From positions 4,740,001-4,772,000 of the forward strand of contig CP001848.1 in NCBI GenBank assembly GCA_000025185.1: 32,000 nt of DNA. The letters are read 5' to 3'. Under the pieces are notes generated by a model. It made no database searches and had not been told where the DNA came from. It saw only the letters and a program-made list of their open reading frames with translations. The position numbers and the translations under genes were made by a program. The stretch's first letter is position 1; every line of letters begins with the position of its first letter. The DNA comes from Pirellula staleyi DSM 6068. GTDB lineage: Bacteria; Planctomycetota; Planctomycetia; Pirellulales; Pirellulaceae. Shown one piece after another: positions 16,366 through 24,233 of the stretch.

Positions 16366-16671
16366 ATGCTCGCTCACATGGTTTACTTTGCCCTGAAAGA
16401 TCGCAGCCAAGCCGCCATCGATAAGTTGGTGGCCGATTGCAAGAAGTATCTTACCGATCACCCAGGAACGGTTTTCTTTGCTGCTGGCACCTTGGTGTCC
16501 GACCTCACACGTCCAGTGAACCAGGTCGATTTCGACGTCGCTTTGCACGTTGTGTTTGCCGACCGCGCAGCCCACGACGCCTACCAAACTGCGCCACGTC
16601 ATCTCGAGTTCATTGCCTCGAATAAAGAGAACTGGGATCGCGTGCGGGTCTTCGATTCGTATGCCGACTAA
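16366..16671 (+). CDS. Dabb-family (stress-responsive alpha/beta-barrel) protein
   Basis: MLAHMVYFALKDRSQAAIDKLVADCKKYL...VALHVVFADRAAHDAYQTAPRHLEFI...WDRVRVFD fits the ~100-aa Dabb pattern (HIVLFK-like strand, H..F motif). The ATG 16366 start is chosen over the 16240 ORF start, which runs through the upstream hairpin. Confidence 0.8.
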   Translation: MLAHMVYFALKDRSQAAIDKLVADCKKYLTDHPGTVFFAAGTLVSDLTRPVNQVDFDVALHVVFADRAAHDAYQTAPRHLEFIASNKENWDRVRVFDSYAD

Positions 16672-16801
16672 CGTCGAGCGATATCACCGCAGAAACCGCC
16701 GCCTAGAAATCGGCCTCCCCACGTGCGAGGCCTCGATCGCTTGCAACCTTGGAGCGATGCAGATCACATCGAGCTAGTCTCTTAACAAGCCTCACGATTT
16801 T

Positions 16802-16833
16802 CGACCTTGGTAATCACCCACGACCCAAGGTCG
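16802..16833. other. perfect 9-bp-stem hairpin upstream of the first beta-barrel paralog
   Basis: CGACCTTGG-taatcacccacgac-CCAAGGTCG, ~100 nt upstream of ATG 16932. The function (attenuator, protein site or upstream terminator) is unknown. Confidence 0.3.
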
Positions 16834-16931
16834 CTCTTGACGCCATCGCCAGTCGCTGATAACTACCTGCCCGCTCGGCAGAATCTATTGTTATCGGCTG
16901 AACCCTTTGGCGACTTGAGATAAAAACCGTG

Positions 16932-18269
16932 ATGCATCGTTTCCTTGCCCTCGCAACACTGGCAGCATGCATGCTGCTGGGGGGCAAGCTAGCTAATTCG
17001 CAAACCATGCAGTTTCCGAGCAGTCAGCCGGGTGTGATTCCCGCTGCGCCTGCTCCCACGACAGCGGCCCCACCGACAACTTACACCCCCTCGGCAAGTC
17101 CTTACGGCGCGTTTCCCACGCCTCCGGCATCGAGCACGCCGATTACAGCAGCACCCAGTTTTGGTGCACCAACGACAGCTGCTCCATTCGACCCTTATTC
17201 CGCCTCGGGACCAGCTGCCTATTCGTACTGGAATACACCGAACACCAACATTCCGGTAGGGACCCCGATGTCGCCTACGGGAACTCCTTATCCCGGGACA
17301 ATTTCGCCTCCAGGCAGTGGTGGTGTTTTCACGCAGCCTCCTGCACCACCGGGAGCCTATCCTTATGGCACTCCTGGGTCCCCCTATGGTCAACCGGGCG
17401 TTTTTCCGCCACCCAGTGGCGCTCCCAACTCACTCTTTCCCAACGGAATCAATTCGGGAGCAGGGTGGGACTACAGCCAAACCGTGAAGCTGATTCAGCA
17501 GCTACGATTTCGCCATTCCTACCTGAATGCCGACGATTCGGATGCTGCAGTGGGGATCAACGATAGCGAGATCGCAGTTTCGTTGACGTTCCCCAATTTT
17601 CTGTACAGCAATCAGCCACTCTATATGAGCCCCGCCTTTGCACTCCATTTGTGGGATGGCCCCGCGAACTTGGCGGCCGACCTGCCGGGAAGTGCATATA
17701 GCGCGTATCTCGATTTTCAGTTTCAAACCGATCCGCAGCAGCAACTCGGAGCCGAACTCGGCTTTCGTGTGGGCGTGTACAGCGATTTTGAAACGCTCAA
17801 TTCCGACAGCCTGCGGATCAATGGATTGGGTCTCGGTACGCTCCGCATTACCCCGGCAATGCAACTCAAGCTGGGGGTGATGTATCTCGATCGCAACGAC
17901 ATCAAACTGCTTCCTGCCGGCGGCATCTTGTGGCAACCATCCCCCCAAGTCCGTTTCGACATTTTCTTCCCTCAGCCAAAACTTTCGACCTACCTCACCT
18001 CGATCAACGGGTATGAAGTTTGGGGCTATCTGGCGGGCGAATATGGTGGCGGAGCCTGGACGATTCAGCGGGCTGATGCCACATCGGATTCGATCGATAT
18101 CAACGACATCCGCATCTCGCTCGGTATGGAATGGACTGGAACGCGCGGCGTGACCGGCTACTTCGAAGCTGGCTATGTCTTCGAGCGTGAAGTGGTCTAC
18201 GTCGTCGATCCTTCGGATACTTTTGATCCTCCCGACACCTTCATGCTTCGCGCCGGATTCAGCTTCTAA
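16932..18269 (+). CDS. secreted protein: signal peptide, ~150-aa Pro/Thr/Ala/Tyr-rich region, C-terminal putative outer-membrane beta-barrel (paralog 1)
   Basis: Signal peptide MHRFLALATLAACMLLGGKLANSQT. The low-complexity region has repeated PYG/TAAP units. The C-terminal ~270 aa show alternating hydrophobic patterns and end in ...DTFMLRAGFSF (terminal Phe, as in OMP beta-signals). The protein is homologous to the next gene. Confidence 0.7.
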   Translation: MHRFLALATLAACMLLGGKLANSQTMQFPSSQPGVIPAAPAPTTAAPPTTYTPSASPYGAFPTPPASSTPITAAPSFGAPTTAAPFDPYSASGPAAYSYWNTPNTNIPVGTPMSPTGTPYPGTISPPGSGGVFTQPPAPPGAYPYGTPGSPYGQPGVFPPPSGAPNSLFPNGINSGAGWDYSQTVKLIQQLRFRHSYLNADDSDAAVGINDSEIAVSLTFPNFLYSNQPLYMSPAFALHLWDGPANLAADLPGSAYSAYLDFQFQTDPQQQLGAELGFRVGVYSDFETLNSDSLRINGLGLGTLRITPAMQLKLGVMYLDRNDIKLLPAGGILWQPSPQVRFDIFFPQPKLSTYLTSINGYEVWGYLAGEYGGGAWTIQRADATSDSIDINDIRISLGMEWTGTRGVTGYFEAGYVFEREVVYVVDPSDTFDPPDTFMLRAGFSF

Positions 18270-18317
18270 ATCGCACCTACGCGCGCCGACGATTTTTCGC
18301 AGCAGATAGTTCACCTC

Positions 18318-19595
18318 ATGATCGACCACCCTTTGCAAAACGCCCAGCGCTGGAGCACTCGCTGCTCGCTGCTGCGCGGAGTTGCGGCTTGGTCGATGGG
18401 AATGCTTATTCTTCTGATCCTGGGAGAGCCATTAGCTGCGCAGCAAGTTCTCTCGCATCCGATGATCCCGACACCACCACCAATGCTCGGCGGTGCCAGC
18501 GAAACCTACGACGGGCCACCACTGGGGATCGACGGCCCCGCGCGTCTCAAAGCCAATCCGGCACGAAACCTCAGCTCTCAGCCGCGATCATCGGACGAAC
18601 TTCCCCCGCCTGTTGACCTGCCACCTGCACCTCGCACCGAGCGGAGCGCAGAACCTCTTCGCACCTTGCCCGCGATCGATGGCGATGCGGTTACGGAAGG
18701 TTTTCCGGCGAGTCCCTTTGAGCTTGGCGAAGGAGAGCCGCTGGTGGTCGACGGAGATATCCTCGAGGGAGATGTTTTCTATCCCGCCGAGTCCCAAAAC
18801 CTAAGCGACTACCGGAACGGATTTTTTCAGAAGCTGGCCCTCAGTGGCAACTGGATTGCGCCAGGCGATGGGGGAACAGATATCGGCTCGACCGAAATCG
18901 ATACCTATCTGACCGTCGCGTTGCCGTTTCCGATTGTCGAATGGCCGCTGCTGATCTCCCCCGGCTACAACATGATCTTGCTCGAGGGTCCGACGACCGA
19001 AGGGGACCTGCCACCACGATTGAATGCGGCTTACGTCGACTTCACGTGGCTACCGACTGTTTTGTATCGCAATCGGCTGTTGCTGGCTGTGACACCGGGC
19101 GTTTACAGCGACTTCGAAGCCTCGAACAGCGATGCACTACGAATCACTGGCAAAGCGATTCTCATCCACGACTTGATTCCCGACAAACTTCAGCTCGTCG
19201 GTGGCGTGATCTATCTGGACCGCGACAACCTGAAAATGCTCCCTGCCGGTGGTGCGATTTGGACCCCCACCGACTGGTTCCTTCTCGAGGCACTCTTTCC
19301 CAAACCGAAGCTGGCAGTTCGCTGGAACGTGGGGCAGGGGTTTGAGGACTGGCTCTTCTTTACTGCGGAGTTTGGTGGCAACACCTACTCGATCATTCGC
19401 GACGGAGGCGAGAAAGACAGCGTGACCTATGCCGACTATCGATTGATCAGCGGCATCGAGCGCAAGCTGAACGGCGGCGCTGGCTATCGTTTCGAAGCGG
19501 CCTACCTGTTTGGTCGCGACGTCGAATATCTCTCCGGTAACGGCAACTTCAGCCCGGGCGATACGTTCATGCTGCGGGCTGGCATCACCTTCTGA
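18318..19595 (+). CDS. secreted protein: signal peptide, Pro/acidic-rich region, C-terminal putative outer-membrane beta-barrel (paralog 2)
   Basis: The C-terminal half aligns with paralog 1: GVYSDFE[AT][SL]NSD[AS]LRI, YLDR[DN][ND][LI]K[ML]LPAGG[AI][IL]W, F[FP][PK]PKL and DTFMLRAG[FI][ST]F at the end. It lies 48 nt downstream of paralog 1. The start could alternatively be M27 (18396). Confidence 0.7.
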   Translation: MIDHPLQNAQRWSTRCSLLRGVAAWSMGMLILLILGEPLAAQQVLSHPMIPTPPPMLGGASETYDGPPLGIDGPARLKANPARNLSSQPRSSDELPPPVDLPPAPRTERSAEPLRTLPAIDGDAVTEGFPASPFELGEGEPLVVDGDILEGDVFYPAESQNLSDYRNGFFQKLALSGNWIAPGDGGTDIGSTEIDTYLTVALPFPIVEWPLLISPGYNMILLEGPTTEGDLPPRLNAAYVDFTWLPTVLYRNRLLLAVTPGVYSDFEASNSDALRITGKAILIHDLIPDKLQLVGGVIYLDRDNLKMLPAGGAIWTPTDWFLLEALFPKPKLAVRWNVGQGFEDWLFFTAEFGGNTYSIIRDGGEKDSVTYADYRLISGIERKLNGGAGYRFEAAYLFGRDVEYLSGNGNFSPGDTFMLRAGITF

Positions 19596-19632
19596 TTCGC
19601 TGGTTCAAAATCGCACGCGAATCATCGCCACG

Positions 19633-20895
19633 CTACTTCCACCAGCGATCGAGCAGCGTCAGCATCGCCTGCACTCGATCGGGCGCTGCTGCGGCCAAAT
19701 TTTTTGTCTCGCCGGGGTCGCTCTTCAGATCATAAAGCTCGACCGACTTGCCATCGGCAGAGACGATGAGCTTCCAAGTATCTTGAATGCACCAGCGATA
19801 CATGAGCCCCGGATGTGCTTTGGTGACATCGGGAATGTCGTGCTCGAAAATCTCGCCAAACAAGGCATTTCCCGGGCGATTCTGCCCCTCGCGAAGGCTC
19901 ACGAGATCGATCCCAGGTAGATCCTTGGGTACGTCGAGCTGAAGTGCTCGGAGCAGTGTGGGTACCACGTCGATGCTCGAAGCGAGCGTCGTTTGATCGA
20001 AGCGTGGTGTGATATGACCCGGCCACTTCAGCATGATCGGCGTGCGAACACCACCTTCGTTGGGCGAGCGCTTACTACGCGGCGCATACTTCGGCGCGAT
20101 CGGATCTTGAATCCAGCCGTTGTCGCACAAATAGACAACGATCGTGTTCTCCTCGAGCTTGCGGTTTTTCAGTTCAGCCAGCACTTCGCCGCAGGTATGG
20201 TCCCACCAACTGCACATCGCATGATAGCGATCGACATGCACGGAGTTATTCTTGCCGCGATACTTGGCAATCCATTCTTCCGGCGGATTGTGGGGTGTGT
20301 GCGGCAGCATCGGGGCATACCAAATGAAGAAGGGCTCTTTGCCCGTACTATCGAGAAAGTCTTTGATCGGCTGAATTCCCTGACGACCAATTTTCAGCCC
20401 CTCATCGCCATGCCGACCACCACGCTTCGGATCACCGTGGGTCATCGCCGAGGTAAAGCCTCCGAGTTCGGGCGAGCCTTCCCACCATTTGCCGGTTTGC
20501 AGCGTCTTGTAGCCTTGCTCTCGCAGGATCGCTGGCAAAACCTTCAGCCGCTGGATGTGCTGCAAGATCTCTGCGCGATTGGTCCCTGGAGAGGGATCGT
20601 TGCCTGTCACGAGATGATCGTGTGCATAGCGGCCAGTCAGCAGCGTCATCAGGCTCGGACGACAGAGACTCGTCGGGACATAGCCCCGTGTGAAGGTGAG
20701 GCTTTCTTTGGCGAGTTGATCGAGATGAGGGGTGGTAATCTGCGGATGCCCCATGAAACCATAATCGGTGTAGGCCTGATCGTCGGAAAGCAGGATCACC
20801 ACATTGGGACGCGCTCTTGTGGCTGGATCAGCCAGAACAACGTTGCAGCAGCAGAGCAAGGCCAGCATCGCTAGCGATGCGAATAGACGGTGCAT
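19633..20895 (-). CDS. secreted sulfatase-family (alkaline-phosphatase superfamily) enzyme
   Basis: Signal peptide MHRLFASLAMLALLCCCNVVLA. Metal-binding NVVILLSDDQ. Formylglycine-region SLCRPSLMTLLTGRY (deviant at the Arg position). Later motifs GKWW..., HGDEG and CDNGW are typical of S1 sulfatases. Confidence 0.9.
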   Translation of the reverse strand: MHRLFASLAMLALLCCCNVVLADPATRARPNVVILLSDDQAYTDYGFMGHPQITTPHLDQLAKESLTFTRGYVPTSLCRPSLMTLLTGRYAHDHLVTGNDPSPGTNRAEILQHIQRLKVLPAILREQGYKTLQTGKWWEGSPELGGFTSAMTHGDPKRGGRHGDEGLKIGRQGIQPIKDFLDSTGKEPFFIWYAPMLPHTPHNPPEEWIAKYRGKNNSVHVDRYHAMCSWWDHTCGEVLAELKNRKLEENTIVVYLCDNGWIQDPIAPKYAPRSKRSPNEGGVRTPIMLKWPGHITPRFDQTTLASSIDVVPTLLRALQLDVPKDLPGIDLVSLREGQNRPGNALFGEIFEHDIPDVTKAHPGLMYRWCIQDTWKLIVSADGKSVELYDLKSDPGETKNLAAAAPDRVQAMLTLLDRWWK

Positions 20896-21024
20896 GGAGA
20901 GGCTCCGTAGGTGAATCGATATTGACGGGCGAACCTAAGGCGTCTAATTCTGCCCGCCTCATCCGTCCCGCGTAAAGAGTCTCGCGACATTTGCGGAACG
21001 GATTCTCGTGAAGTTGTGTTGCCC

Positions 21025-21894
21025 ATGCTGGTTCTTTCGATCCATATACGATCGCAAAAACGCCGCCAAACAAGCGGTTTATTGATTCTTTGGGTGATCT
21101 TGTTCGCCCTTGCTTCGGGCTGCGCGAAAGAACAATATTTAAGCCTGCGCGATCAGCCTTATAGCCCGCTTGTGGGGCCTCTGAAGCTGATCTCGAGTCG
21201 TGGGCCACGTCCGAGCCAGCGCACGCAGCAAATTCTGCGGCGCTATGACCTCGTCGAAAAACAAGAGAAACGACCTGCAGAAGTGCTGGCCACGCTGCAG
21301 GAAGAACTTGCGACCGACCCAGCACCCGACAAGTACTATTCCTATGCCGAACTCGCCTTCCTGCGCGCAAAGGATCTCGAAGCGACTGGCAATGTGCAAG
21401 AGGCGTTCGATCACTACGGCACATCGGTTGCTAACTCCTATCAATTCTTGTTCGACCCCCATCTCGATCGCTTTCGCAATCCCTACGATCCGCTCTTCCG
21501 TCGCGCATGCGATCTCTACAACGGTGCGCTCGAGTCGGCGATGCGCATCGTCGCGAAGCAAGGGAAGCTGAAGCCGGGAAGACTACAAACGATTGAGACC
21601 GGCAAACAGCGGTATGAATTACAAGTGGAAGTGCGTGGCCCTTGGCACGCCGACGATCTGAACCAACTGGAGTTTGTGAACGACTACCAGTTGGAGGAGG
21701 GGCTGAGCAATCATCACCAAACGTTTGGGCTTGGTGTTCCGCTGATTGCCATACGCGCGCCGCATGAAGGTGAAACCCCTGCAGAGAAATATTACCCCCC
21801 CCAATCTTTCCTTCCCAGTGACTGCATTTCTGCGCGTGATTCCCGATGTGTCGCAGGGATCGCACGGCAAACGCTGTGTGCTCGAACTCTATGA
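21025..21894 (+). CDS. lipoprotein N-terminal segment, probably the 5' half of a frameshifted lipoprotein/alpha-beta hydrolase gene
   Basis: Lipobox LFALASG|C after a basic n-region (RSQKRRQTS); GTG 21016 is an alternative start. The frame-1 ORF runs into a C8 run at 21795-21802 and then ends after 30 further codons of poor sequence. The frame-2 ORF continues sensibly from the same point. Confidence 0.6.
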   Translation: MLVLSIHIRSQKRRQTSGLLILWVILFALASGCAKEQYLSLRDQPYSPLVGPLKLISSRGPRPSQRTQQILRRYDLVEKQEKRPAEVLATLQEELATDPAPDKYYSYAELAFLRAKDLEATGNVQEAFDHYGTSVANSYQFLFDPHLDRFRNPYDPLFRRACDLYNGALESAMRIVAKQGKLKPGRLQTIETGKQRYELQVEVRGPWHADDLNQLEFVNDYQLEEGLSNHHQTFGLGVPLIAIRAPHEGETPAEKYYPPQSFLPSDCISARDSRCVAGIARQTLCARTL

Positions 21895-23212
21895 TCCGAT
21901 GGTTGCCAGCAACATTGAAGTTTGCAATCGGCTGGTGCCACTCGAGACCGATCTCAGCACGCCACTGGCCTATTTCCTGCAAAATCCGGCATTCGAAGAG
22001 ACCGATATCGCGACCTTCGGACTCCTGAATCCCGACAAAGCGCTCGGCATTAAGGGGCTCTATATGGTGGAGCCTTATGACCCGCAGCGCATTCCTGTGG
22101 TGATGGTGCACGGTCTCTGGTCGAGCCCCACCACCTGGATGGACATGTTCAACGATCTGCGCGCGTATCCGGAAATCCGCAGCCGCTATCAATTCTGGTT
22201 CTATCTCTATCCCACGGGACAGCCATTCTGGGTCTCGGCGGGACAGATGCGCGACGTGCTGACCGAAGTGCGTGGCACGCTCGACCCAGGACTCCAGAAC
22301 CCACGACTCGATCAGATGGTGCTTGTGGGGCACAGCATGGGGGGACTCGTGTCAAAAATGCAAACCGTCGAAAGTGGCGATGCGTTTTGGCACTTGCTGA
22401 CCGACAAGTCGATCACAGAGCTCGAAGCGACAGCAGAAGATCGCGCGAAACTCGAACAGATGATGTATTTTCGACCCAATCCGTCGATCAAACGGGTCAT
22501 CACGATGGGAACGCCTCATCGTGGCAGCGAATTTGCGAGCGATTACGTTCGACTCCTGAGTCGTAAGCTGATCACGCTCCCCAAGATGATGGTGGAGTTC
22601 AATACGAAAGTGATTCGGGATAATCCGGGCTTCTTTAAGAACACCGAGATGCTCACGACCACCACGAGCATCGATTCGCTAGCGCCGAGTTGTCCGATTT
22701 TCGATATTTTGCTCAGCGCTCAGCCAGGTCCTTGGGTGAAGTATCACAATGTGGTGGGTGTACTGCCGCGTGAAGGTTTTGTCGGAAAATTGAGCGCGGA
22801 AGGGGATGGCGTGGTAGCTTACACCAGCGCGCATCTCGACAATGTTGCCTCGGAACTGACAGTGAACGCCGATCACATGAAGGTGCACCGCCATCCACTC
22901 GCCATTTTGGAAGTACGGCGGATCTTGCTCGAGCACTCGCTCGAAGTGCAAGGTTTCGTGGGTGCTCCCAAACCCATCTCACCCACCGGTTATTGTCCCG
23001 GAGGGGGATTGGCTGTGGCTCCCCCCGATCTTGTGTCTGTGGCTGGTGTACCCAGTGCGCACTCGACCAGCGCTGCGTCTGTAGTGGGACCGATGCTGCC
23101 TGCTATGGACGGAGCATCAAGAGCTTATCCTGTGGCTCCCGCTGGTTATTTTCCTTCGCAGCCAAGTGGCTTTGAAGGTTCTGGATCGTCAGCGGGTCAG
23201 GTTCTGCGCTAG
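21746..23212 (+). CDS. alpha/beta-hydrolase (lipase/esterase-like) segment, probably the 3' half of the same gene
   Basis: VVMVHGLWSSPTTW (oxyanion-hole-like HG) and the nucleophile elbow LVGHSMGGLV (GxSxG). Further motifs are GTPHRGS and a late DH (NADHMKVH). If translated independently, the first plausible ATG after the upstream stop is 21899. Confidence 0.7.
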   Translation: MPYARRMKVKPLQRNITPPNLSFPVTAFLRVIPDVSQGSHGKRCVLELYDPMVASNIEVCNRLVPLETDLSTPLAYFLQNPAFEETDIATFGLLNPDKALGIKGLYMVEPYDPQRIPVVMVHGLWSSPTTWMDMFNDLRAYPEIRSRYQFWFYLYPTGQPFWVSAGQMRDVLTEVRGTLDPGLQNPRLDQMVLVGHSMGGLVSKMQTVESGDAFWHLLTDKSITELEATAEDRAKLEQMMYFRPNPSIKRVITMGTPHRGSEFASDYVRLLSRKLITLPKMMVEFNTKVIRDNPGFFKNTEMLTTTTSIDSLAPSCPIFDILLSAQPGPWVKYHNVVGVLPREGFVGKLSAEGDGVVAYTSAHLDNVASELTVNADHMKVHRHPLAILEVRRILLEHSLEVQGFVGAPKPISPTGYCPGGGLAVAPPDLVSVAGVPSAHSTSAASVVGPMLPAMDGASRAYPVAPAGYFPSQPSGFEGSGSSAGQVLR

Positions 23213-23272
23213 TTGGTTTGATTTCGAACTAGCGGTGATGAGAAATTCAGCAGTTGCTCGTCTCGAAGTTTC

Positions 23273-23304
23273 GTCGCCGCCAGTGGTGCGGCTGACATTT
23301 TGTG
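23273..23304 (+). terminator. candidate intrinsic terminator after the hydrolase gene
   Basis: GTC-GCCGC-cagtggt-GCGGC(T)GAC forms 8 bp with one bulge and is followed by ATTTTGTG. It lies ~60 nt after the stop at 23212, in the convergent gap with csrA. Confidence 0.35.
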
Positions 23305-23319
23305 AAACCATCTCGCCGA

Positions 23320-23727
23320 CTACTTGGCGATAGCGAGCGAGCTAGGAAGCGAGCCGACCTTGATCGGCGGACGTGCATAGCGATTAAACGCCTTCCGCTG
23401 CGGCAGGCGTGGAGTTGCTGCTGCATGCTGGACCGTTCTGCCAACCTTGCCACTGCCATCTTCGCTGCTGGTGTCGCTCTCGGATTCGTCGTCGCTCAAG
23501 GTGAGGGTCAGTTCGGCGATGATCGGTCCGCTAGTGCTTTCACTCTCCGAGGTTTCGCTCGATTTACCAGCCGCACCTTCTGGTGGAAGTTCGCTACGAA
23601 CCACATGCACATCGCGAGGAGCTTCGATACCAACGCGAACCGTTTGCCCCTTCACCTTCAAGATGGTGAGAACAATGTTGTCGCCGATTTTGATCTGCTG
23701 TTGGAGTTTGCGGGTGAGCACTAGCAT
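23320..23727 (-). CDS. csrA: carbon storage regulator CsrA with ~80-aa C-terminal extension
   Basis: The N-terminal 50 aa, MLVLTRKLQQQIKIGDNIVLTILKVKGQTVRVGIEAPRDVHVVRSEL, are colinear with E. coli CsrA ([47 protein letters not shown]). AAAGGAA lies 7 nt upstream of the ATG. The total of 135 aa compares with ~60-75 aa for typical CsrA. Confidence 0.9.
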   Translation of the reverse strand: MLVLTRKLQQQIKIGDNIVLTILKVKGQTVRVGIEAPRDVHVVRSELPPEGAAGKSSETSESESTSGPIIAELTLTLSDDESESDTSSEDGSGKVGRTVQHAAATPRLPQRKAFNRYARPPIKVGSLPSSLAIAK

Positions 23728-24233
23728 GATTTCATTCCTTTGAGCATCGAGTGAGTTTTTTTGTCATCGGGAAGTCGATTTCTGACTTCGTTTGATGAGA
23801 AATACCCATTGCACGACCCGTGCCAAAACCATGTTGTTGGTACCGCACCAATCTGTGAAAACCGCACGTAAGTGCTTGATGCCGCAACGAATTAAAAATT
23901 TCGCGAGCACTTGGCAGATTGATCTTGACGTGAAATTCGAAGCCTGCAGCGTGCAACTACTACTAGCGATCTTGAAAAAATGTCGCAGCGGTATGCTTGT
24001 AGTGGGTGCTAGCGGGCGACTGTGCCAGCAAATCAGCAATTCTGATAGCAGCTGCTTGAAGATTTTCTCGAAGATGTCCGCAATCGTGTGACCAGAGGTG
24101 TCACCGATTCCAGACTTTGAAGGCTACGAGATCTCTCGCGTGCCACTGCTGTGGCAATCGCGAGTAGCCGAGCCTCGTAGAAGTTGCAAAACGATCGAAG
24201 CGCGGGGATCGCGGCGATAGAGATCGAGAGCGA

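Noticed and set aside
17502-18338. 278-aa ORF antisense to beta-barrel paralog 1
   Set aside because: The plus-strand frame is supported by paralogy with the downstream gene, a signal peptide and the C-terminal Phe. The antisense product has no features.
19993-20874. 293-aa ORF antisense to the sulfatase gene
   Set aside because: The sulfatase frame carries a signal peptide, a DDQ metal site and the CxPx motif. The antisense ORF is a shadow frame.
21431-22333. 300-aa ORF antisense to the lipoprotein/hydrolase gene
   Set aside because: It is His/Arg-rich with no motifs, and the plus strand carries the lipobox and the GHSMGG hydrolase motif.
23792-24091. 99-aa plus-strand ORF (and the 74- and 91-aa minus-strand ORFs) inside the A/T-rich csrA upstream region
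   Set aside because: They overlap one another, have odd composition and no start context or motifs, and lie in a region that looks non-coding.
23728-24233. Possible CsrB/RsmZ-like CsrA-sequestering sRNA upstream of csrA
   Set aside because: I looked for clustered GGA / ANGGA motifs on both strands and saw only scattered occurrences, not the dense repeated pattern of Csr sRNAs. The region is kept only as a generic candidate non-coding region.
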